Notes under the pieces: generated by a model | Told to the model about the DNA's origin: nothing | The model's input: the letters and a program-made list of their open reading frames with translations, nothing else | The model's database searches: none | Position numbers and translations under genes: made by a program | Assembly: GCA_025934715.1 (NCBI GenBank) | Contig: JAICWR010000002.1 | Span: 152-64,151, forward strand | Reading direction: 5' to 3' | DNA from: Candidatus Saccharimonadota bacterium | Lineage (GTDB): Bacteria > Patescibacteriota > Saccharimonadia > Saccharimonadales > UBA10212 | Length of the DNA stretch: 64,000 bases | Shown: piece by piece, positions 57,732 through 64,000 of the stretch | Position numbering within the stretch: the first letter of the stretch is position 1 | How the letters are laid out: each line of letters begins with the position of its first letter

Positions 57732-58808
57732 ATGAACTTGAACGAGATTTTCTACCACGATAAGCCGTTGTTTGGTTTGGATATCGGCCACTCCAGCATT
57801 AAAGCGATGCAGGTGGATAAAGTGGGCGGCAATACTACGGTCATATCGGGCTACAGCCTCAGCAGCTTTGCGCCCGGGGCCGTGCGTAACGGTGAAATAA
57901 TCAAGCCCGAAGTCCTGGCGGAAGCCATCCACAATCTATTTGAAAAAAGTTTGGTTGGCGCAATTAACAGCCGGCGGGTGGCCTGCGCTTTGCCCACTTC
58001 CCACACCTTCAGCCGGCCGATGAAACTGCCGCCGATGGACCAGCACGACATAGTCGAGGCCACCCAGCTGGAGGCCAGCCAGTATATTCCCGTGCCGATT
58101 GACAGTCTATATTTGGATTACGAAGTCACCAGCCGCAGCCAACAGGGGCTTGAAGTGCTGCTGGTCGCCACCCCCCGCAAAATCGTCGACAGCTATATGA
58201 ACCTTCTCAAATCCTTAAAGCTCGAACCCGTGGTCTTTGAACCCAGTATCAACGCGGCCTCTCGGTTGCTACAGATGGCCGGTAAGGCCGCCGCCGAACC
58301 GTCAATTTTGGTTGATATCGGCTCGGTGACCACCGATTTAGCCGTGTTTGACAGAACGCTACTGGTGTCGAGCACTATTAATGCCGGAGGCGACACTATC
58401 ACGGACTTGATCGCCAGAAACCTGCACATGTCTGAAAAACAGGCCTCGGAGCTGAAAAACCAATACGGCATCGCCTTCAGCGAGAAGCAACAGAGGATCG
58501 TCGACGCCATCAAGTCCCAGCTTGACAACCTGGTGCGCGAGATCCAAAAATCCATCCGTTATCATAGCGAACGGGCCGCCCAATCCGGCAAGCACATCAC
58601 AAAGGTTATAACGCTCGGTGGCGGCGCCATGATGCCCGGCCTCAACCATTATTTGGCGATCGAGCTCAGAATGCCCTGTGAAAGCTTTGACCCCTGGCAG
58701 TTGGTGTCGTTTGGCAACCTGGCGCCGCCGGCCGAAGCCGACCGTTCAATGTATATCACCGTGGCTGGCGAATCCATCCTCGACCCTTTGGAGGTGACCC
58801 ATGATTAA
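57732..58808 (+). CDS. pilM: Type IV pilus assembly protein PilM
   Basis: GLDIGHSSIK, VDIG, LGGGA actin-like motifs. Confidence 0.92.
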   Translation: MNLNEIFYHDKPLFGLDIGHSSIKAMQVDKVGGNTTVISGYSLSSFAPGAVRNGEIIKPEVLAEAIHNLFEKSLVGAINSRRVACALPTSHTFSRPMKLPPMDQHDIVEATQLEASQYIPVPIDSLYLDYEVTSRSQQGLEVLLVATPRKIVDSYMNLLKSLKLEPVVFEPSINAASRLLQMAGKAAAEPSILVDIGSVTTDLAVFDRTLLVSSTINAGGDTITDLIARNLHMSEKQASELKNQYGIAFSEKQQRIVDAIKSQLDNLVREIQKSIRYHSERAAQSGKHITKVITLGGGAMMPGLNHYLAIELRMPCESFDPWQLVSFGNLAPPAEADRSMYITVAGESILDPLEVTHD

Positions 58809-59397
58809 TCTACTGCCGCCCCAACATGCCGCCGCCATAAGATACGGCCGCCAAAACTCCAAGCTGGTGACTTGGCTGGCTGGAGTTGCCGGAGCAATTA
58901 TCGTCCTAGTGTTAATCTTGGCCGGCGGCTGGTTTTACATCAACCAGCAGTCCAAAGAATTAAGGCATAACCTGGATTCAACCAACCAGCAGCTAGCGGC
59001 TCAAAACCTGAGCAAGGTCGAGGCGGACGCCAAGGAACTAACTGGTGATATCAACGTGATCGACAAGGTCCTCGGCCAGGAAATCCACTTTTCAGACCTC
59101 ATCCAGTCGCTTGGAAGTTATATGCCGCCCGGAACAGTGTTAAGCCAGCTGACGCTAAGCAACGAGGTCAGAGGTGGTCTGGACCTGAGCGTCAACGCCA
59201 AAGATTACGCCAGCGCCGCCGAAGTCGCCGTTAACCTTAACGACCCTAAAGATAACCTGTTTTCCAAGGTCGACATCGTTAACATCAACTGCGGCAACGC
59301 CGCCGACAAACAGTACCCCTGCAGCACCCAATTAAGAGTATTGTTTTCCAAGCCCGCCCAGACAAAATTCCTTAGCGCGGGGGGCGGTAAAACATGA
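58801..59397 (+). CDS. pilN: PilN-like protein
   Basis: N-terminal INLLP motif, TM, coiled coil. Confidence 0.85.
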   Translation: MINLLPPQHAAAIRYGRQNSKLVTWLAGVAGAIIVLVLILAGGWFYINQQSKELRHNLDSTNQQLAAQNLSKVEADAKELTGDINVIDKVLGQEIHFSDLIQSLGSYMPPGTVLSQLTLSNEVRGGLDLSVNAKDYASAAEVAVNLNDPKDNLFSKVDIVNINCGNAADKQYPCSTQLRVLFSKPAQTKFLSAGGGKT

Positions 59398-60044
59398 AGC
59401 CGTTGAAAATCGAATTCAATAGTAAGATATTCCGGCTGATTTTAAGCGTGCTGCTAGTGCTGCTGGGCATCGGATTTTTCGCCACCGCTTTCCACGGAAT
59501 CTCTTTGCTAGAGAAGAAGAGCGGCGAGATGGTGCAGCTGAAGTCGCAAAGCCAGTCGGCCCAAACCCAGCTGAACAACCTGCAAATAGCCAAGAAAGAA
59601 GTCAAAAAATATTCATACTTCAAGGCGGTCGCAAACACTGTCATACCTAGCGACAAGGACCAGGCGGAGGCTGTTTTGGAAATCTACCAGCTGGCCAGCC
59701 AGTCCGGCATCGCCATCCAGAGCGTCACCTTTCCCGCCAGCACCCTAGGCTCTTCGATTGCCGAAAGCGCCACCAGTTCAGCGGCCAGCAAGGACGTCCT
59801 GACCCAGGCCAAGCCGGTGCCAGGCATCCCCGGGCTATACAGCCTGCAGCTGACCATTACGCCCCAGGTAGGCAACACCGTGCCGGCGAGCCAGCAAGTG
59901 ACCTACGATAAGATGCTTAAGTTCTTCAGGCTTATCGAGAACAACCGGCACACGGCCCAAATCACCCAAGTCCAAATTGAACCGGCCCAGGGTAATTTAG
60001 GGCTATCCTTCGTTTTGACAATTAATATATTCATCAAGCCATGA
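59394..60044 (+). CDS. PilO-like protein
   Basis: TM plus coiled coil; position after pilN. Confidence 0.7.
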   Translation: MKPLKIEFNSKIFRLILSVLLVLLGIGFFATAFHGISLLEKKSGEMVQLKSQSQSAQTQLNNLQIAKKEVKKYSYFKAVANTVIPSDKDQAEAVLEIYQLASQSGIAIQSVTFPASTLGSSIAESATSSAASKDVLTQAKPVPGIPGLYSLQLTITPQVGNTVPASQQVTYDKMLKFFRLIENNRHTAQITQVQIEPAQGNLGLSFVLTINIFIKP

Positions 60045-60346
60045 ACAAGGGACTAAACTTAAAATCAATCGACTTCAAGGGACTGGGCACCAAATATGCT
60101 AAGCAGTATGGTAAGCATATGGCTTTCGCCGCCGTCATTATCGTGCTGCTGGTATACGTACTGGTAGTGGCCAAGATTAGCGCCCTGTCTAAAGCCGAGC
60201 CCAGTTCCAGCCAGACGGTCGACACCAACAGCCTGGTGCCGCGGGTCAATCAGCAGGCGATCAACCGGATCCAGGCACTGGAGAACAACAGCCCACAGAT
60301 TCATAGCCTGTTCGAACAAGCCCGCAATAACCCGTTCCAAGAATAA
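60041..60346 (+). CDS. Small pilus-associated protein (PilP position)
   Basis: TM and C-terminal RNNPF motif. Confidence 0.7.
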   Translation: MNKGLNLKSIDFKGLGTKYAKQYGKHMAFAAVIIVLLVYVLVVAKISALSKAEPSSSQTVDTNSLVPRVNQQAINRIQALENNSPQIHSLFEQARNNPFQE

Positions 60347-60358
60347 ATACTTAACATG

Positions 60359-60976
60359 TTAAGTATTTTGCTTTTTCTCGTTTTCTTCCTGGATGCTCTT
60401 GGCGTAGGCCTGGCGGGCCTCTATTATCCGATCAGCTAACCCTGTCGGGTTAGGGCACAGCGTGAAGATGAAGTTATCCTCGGTGCCGGCGGTCTGGACG
60501 GTTAAGGTCCCGTAATTGAAGAGGCTGGCCAAAAAGCCCCGCTGCTCCTCGCTGACATCTTCAACGTTTGACATGCTCAGCCGCGAAACCTTTTTGATAA
60601 ATAATGTTTTTTGCAGGATCTGCACTAAACTCCTATTTGTCACCAGCAAGCGGCTCTGGCGGTATATATAGGTCGCTGTGAATAAGATAAGCCCGAGCAA
60701 AACCGCCGCGAGGATAATAATAGCGCTGACCGAAGCGGAAACGGAGACACCCGAAGAGTCGAAACTATCCGGCGACATGGCGATCACCAGAGCGACAATT
60801 GCGGCGATGGCTAAAAATGCGACCAGATAAATACCGAGTAACCCAATGACCGAACGGTGCACGACGGTCAATACGCACTCGCCGGGCTCCAGCATGTCCG
60901 CTTCGCGGTCTTTAGATATGCCAGCCAAAGGTGGCGGCGCGGCCGGCGGCTTTTGGGCTTTTTCGTCAGGCTCCAT
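60359..60976 (-). CDS. Membrane protein with bacterial PH domain
   Basis: 2 TM; LVTNRSLV...LFNYGTLTVQTAG. Confidence 0.85.
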   Translation of the reverse strand: MEPDEKAQKPPAAPPPLAGISKDREADMLEPGECVLTVVHRSVIGLLGIYLVAFLAIAAIVALVIAMSPDSFDSSGVSVSASVSAIIILAAVLLGLILFTATYIYRQSRLLVTNRSLVQILQKTLFIKKVSRLSMSNVEDVSEEQRGFLASLFNYGTLTVQTAGTEDNFIFTLCPNPTGLADRIIEARQAYAKSIQEENEKKQNT

Positions 60977-60991
60977 TATTGGAATTATATA

Positions 60992-62017
60992 TTAAAGCAG
61001 GGTCGGCTGGCTCTTGGAGGGTTTTTTGCCTAGGTGCTGCCAAGCCCTAGGCGTCACTTTACGGCCGCGGGGCGTGCGTTCCAGCAGGCCGATTTGCATC
61101 AGGTAAGGTTCATAAAAGTCTTCGATGGTGGTGCGTTCTTCAGCGGTCAGCGCCGCTAGGGTTTCGACACCGACAGGCCCGCCGTTATGGTGTACGATGA
61201 TGGCCTCCAGTAAACCGCGGTCGGCCGGATCCAGCCCCAGGTCGTCAATTTCTAGCAGAGCCAGGGCCTGGGCGGCGATTGATTCATCGATTATGCCGTC
61301 GCCATTGATATCTGCATAATCCCTGACCCGTTTTAGCAGCCGGTTGGCTATCCGCGGTGTCAGGCGCGCCCGTTTGGCCAGTATATCGGAGGCGGTTTTA
61401 TTGATTGGGACATCCAGGATTTTAGCCGAACGGTTGATTATCCGGCTGATTTCCTCGGGCGTGTAAAACTCCAGCCGGTGGATCATGCCAAAACGGTCGC
61501 GCAGCGGCGCCGCCAGGGCGCCAGTGCGGGTGGTGGCGCCGATAATCGAGAATTTCGGCAAGTCCAGCCGCAGGCTGCGCGCACTCGGGCCTTTGCCTAG
61601 CATGATATCCAACTTGAAATCTTCCATGGCGGCGTAAAGCACCTCTTCAACGACCCGGTGCAGCCGGTGGATCTCATCAATGAATAAAATGTCTCCGTCC
61701 TGCAGGTTGGTTAACAAGCTGGCCAGGTCGCCGGCGCGTTCAATCGCCGGGCCGGAGGTTACCCGTATCTGGGCGCCCATTTCGTTAGCGATCACGGTGG
61801 CCATAGTTGTTTTGCCCAGTCCGGGCGGCCCATATAACAGAATATGGTCAATCGGCTCGCCGCGTTTTTTGGCGGCGCTGATGGCTAATTTAAGGTTCTT
61901 TTTCAACCTTTCCTGGCCGACATAATTTTTAAAATCTTTTGGCCGCAAGGTCTGTTCTAATTCCTGCTCCTCGGGCTCGTCTTTGGCCGCAGTGTTCGTG
62001 ATCCTCTCAACCGCCAT
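60992..62017 (-). CDS. ruvB: Holliday junction branch migration helicase RuvB
   Basis: [27 protein letters not shown]. Confidence 0.98.
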   Translation of the reverse strand: MAVERITNTAAKDEPEEQELEQTLRPKDFKNYVGQERLKKNLKLAISAAKKRGEPIDHILLYGPPGLGKTTMATVIANEMGAQIRVTSGPAIERAGDLASLLTNLQDGDILFIDEIHRLHRVVEEVLYAAMEDFKLDIMLGKGPSARSLRLDLPKFSIIGATTRTGALAAPLRDRFGMIHRLEFYTPEEISRIINRSAKILDVPINKTASDILAKRARLTPRIANRLLKRVRDYADINGDGIIDESIAAQALALLEIDDLGLDPADRGLLEAIIVHHNGGPVGVETLAALTAEERTTIEDFYEPYLMQIGLLERTPRGRKVTPRAWQHLGKKPSKSQPTLL

Positions 62018-62018
62018 A

Positions 62019-62139
62019 GCGCCTACGCCTTCGGCTCCGGCTTATAGGACACCCCTTCGGGGTTTCTCATCGCGCAGGCAAAATGGAAGACATTTTGTCT
62101 GGCTGCTCTTCCCGAGAAGAAAACCATAGATAGCTTACG
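62019..62139. repeat. Hairpin-rich insertion flanked by the 7-bp direct repeat CGCCATA at the ruvB start
   Basis: Repeats at 62012-62018 and 62140-62146; internal TTCG-loop hairpins. Confidence 0.6.
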
Positions 62140-62193
62140 CGCCATAAGTGTATTTTAACATTGCGCTAGTATTTATTTTGTTGTGGATTAGAG

Positions 62194-64000
62194 TCAATAC
62201 AATGATGCGGTTTTGGGCATGTGGCTGCCTTCTAGCAGCTTGATAACCTCTTGGGCCTCGACGGTTTCCTTCTCTAACAAGGCGTCTTTGAGCTCATCGA
62301 GTTTTTTCAGGTTAGACTTAAGCACAGTCCGGGCCCGGTTAGCTGCCTCTGTTATGAGTGATTCAACTTCATCATCAATGATTTTGGCCGTTTCATCGGA
62401 ATATTGCCGCTCGTGCACCAGTTTCTCCAACATGATGCCTTCGTCCTGGTGGAAGACCTGGTCGCGCAGTTTTTTGCCCATTCCCTGGTTGACGATCATG
62501 TCGCGGGCCAGTTCGGCGGCTTTTTGCAGGTCGCTGCCGGCGCCGGTAGTAACCCGGTCGTGACCGTAAACCAGTTCTTCAGCAATCCGGCCGCCCAGCA
62601 TCCGGGCCAACACATCCTTAAATTCAATGATGCTGTGATAGCTCTTATCCTCGGGCGGGATGAACCAGGTAACGCCGCCGGTGCCGCCGCGGGGGATTAT
62701 CGTCACTTTGTGCACCATATCGCTGTCCGGCAAAACATGTCCGACAACCGCGTGGCCGGCCTCGTGGTAGGCAGTTAGCTCCTTTTCTTTCTCGCTCATA
62801 ACCTTGCTCTTGCGTTCAGGGCCGATGGCGACTTTCTCAAACGCCGCCACGACATCTTCGTTTTCAACCACCTTTCGGTTATGCCTGGCGGCTAAAATCG
62901 CCGCTTCGTTGGCGATATTGGCCAGGTCGGCGCCCGATGAGCCGGCAGTTTTAGCCGCCAGGGAGTCCAAATCCACGTCTTTGGCCACCGGTTTTTCCTT
63001 AAAATGCACGCCCAAGATTTCTTTACGGGCCTGGCGGTCGGGCAGATCGATGTTGACCCGGCGGTCAAAACGCCCCGGCCGCAGTAGCGCCGGGTCAAGC
63101 ACATCGGCCCGGTTAGTGGCTGCCAGCACGATGACGTTCTGCCCCTGCTCAAAGCCGTCCATTTCAACCAGTATTTGGTTCAGTGTCTGCTCACGTTCAT
63201 CATGGCCGCCGCCCATGCCGCTGCCGCGGCGCCGGCCGACGGCATCAATTTCATCAATGAAAATAATACAGGGAGCGTTCTTTTTGGCCTTATTGAATAA
63301 ATCACGCACCCGGCTGGCTCCGACACCGACGAACATCTCGACGAACTCCGAGCCGCTGATACTAAAGAAAGGCGCATTGGCCTCGCCAGCCACTGCCCGG
63401 GCCAGCATAGTCTTGCCGGTCCCGGGCGGCCCGACCAGCAACACACCTTTAGGGATTTTGGCGCCAACTCCCTCGAATTTTTTGGGATATTTCAAAAATT
63501 CCACGACTTCTTCCAGGTCTTGCTTAGCCTCGGTGGTGTCGGCCACGTCCTTAAAAGTGACGCGGTCCTTTTCAGTGCCATACAGCCTGGCCCGGCTCTT
63601 GCCAAAACTCAAAGCCTGGTTGCCTTGGCCCTGGGCGCTGCGGAAAAGCAATATTAAGATGAACCCGATGGCCACCACCGGAAGAACGCTGCCGATTAAA
63701 GTCAGCCAGATCCCATTGCTACTGGAAGCCGGCTTATTAACGACGGTTGTCACTCCTTGCTTTAGGCCTTGCTCGTAAATACTCGAGCCAGATTCTTTAA
63801 AGGACTTTTCTGTGGCGCGGTTTTGGCCGACTGGCGTGATATCCAGCTCCTGGTCGCCATTAACGGTAATTTGTTTGATCTTGCCGGCATTGGCCTGGGA
63901 GATGACTTGAGAGAAGGGAACATTCGTCTGGGTGGTGTTGGTTTGATTAACCGCAGCGTAAATAATCAGTCCGAACAGTAGTAACAGAGCTATAAAACCG
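62194..64000 (-). CDS. ftsH: ATP-dependent zinc metalloprotease FtsH (5' end outside the window)
   Basis: [26 protein letters not shown]; frame open to the window edge. Confidence 0.97.
   Translation of the reverse strand, partial: GFIALLLLFGLIIYAAVNQTNTTQTNVPFSQVISQANAGKIKQITVNGDQELDITPVGQNRATEKSFKESGSSIYEQGLKQGVTTVVNKPASSSNGIWLTLIGSVLPVVAIGFILILLFRSAQGQGNQALSFGKSRARLYGTEKDRVTFKDVADTTEAKQDLEEVVEFLKYPKKFEGVGAKIPKGVLLVGPPGTGKTMLARAVAGEANAPFFSISGSEFVEMFVGVGASRVRDLFNKAKKNAPCIIFIDEIDAVGRRRGSGMGGGHDEREQTLNQILVEMDGFEQGQNVIVLAATNRADVLDPALLRPGRFDRRVNIDLPDRQARKEILGVHFKEKPVAKDVDLDSLAAKTAGSSGADLANIANEAAILAARHNRKVVENEDVVAAFEKVAIGPERKSKVMSEKEKELTAYHEAGHAVVGHVLPDSDMVHKVTIIPRGGTGGVTWFIPPEDKSYHSIIEFKDVLARMLGGRIAEELVYGHDRVTTGAGSDLQKAAELARDMIVNQGMGKKLRDQVFHQDEGIMLEKLVHERQYSDETAKIIDDEVESLITEAANRARTVLKSNLKKLDELKDALLEKETVEAQEVIKLLEGSHMPKTASLY

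Noticed and set aside
51451-60346. Type IV pilus operon as a novel secretion system
   Set aside because: Standard CPR pilB-pilC-pilins-pilMNO arrangement.
62804-63778. Long antisense ORFs opposite ftsH (also opposite rny, recA and pilB)
   Set aside because: Common antisense artefacts of conserved genes, with no independent signals.

Overview
Chromosomal window from a small-genome CPR bacterium, most likely Candidatus Saccharibacteria. This is inferred from gene content and order: rpf-ksgA, XRE-MurA fusion, lamin-tail/tsaE/short tsaB/rny, sortases, tRNA-Arg(UCG) and many leaderless genes. Housekeeping content includes tmRNA, 9 complete tRNAs, pcrA, tpiA, pgk, murB/D/I/A, folD, glyA, rny, recA/recX, ruvB, a partial ftsH and a type IV pilus operon. 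The most unusual observations are: (1) an HNH endonuclease gene between a promoter-bearing 5' half of tRNA-His and a different, complete tRNA-His that contains its stop codon; (2) a 7TM histidine kinase clustered with a DUF2156 enzyme, a GNAT-like protein, arginine decarboxylase and two receiver proteins, a candidate small-molecule signalling system; (3) a high-GC secreted-protein gene enclosed by nested complementary blocks, with a candidate attenuator RNA upstream; (4) homologous ~122-nt structured elements abutting the 5' ends of tmRNA and tRNA-Pro; (5) a recurring 18-bp palindrome; (6) other covarying structured repeats; (7) a mini-LPxTG peptide/sortase/GT2 operon. All calls come from reading the sequence; no searches or folding programs were run.
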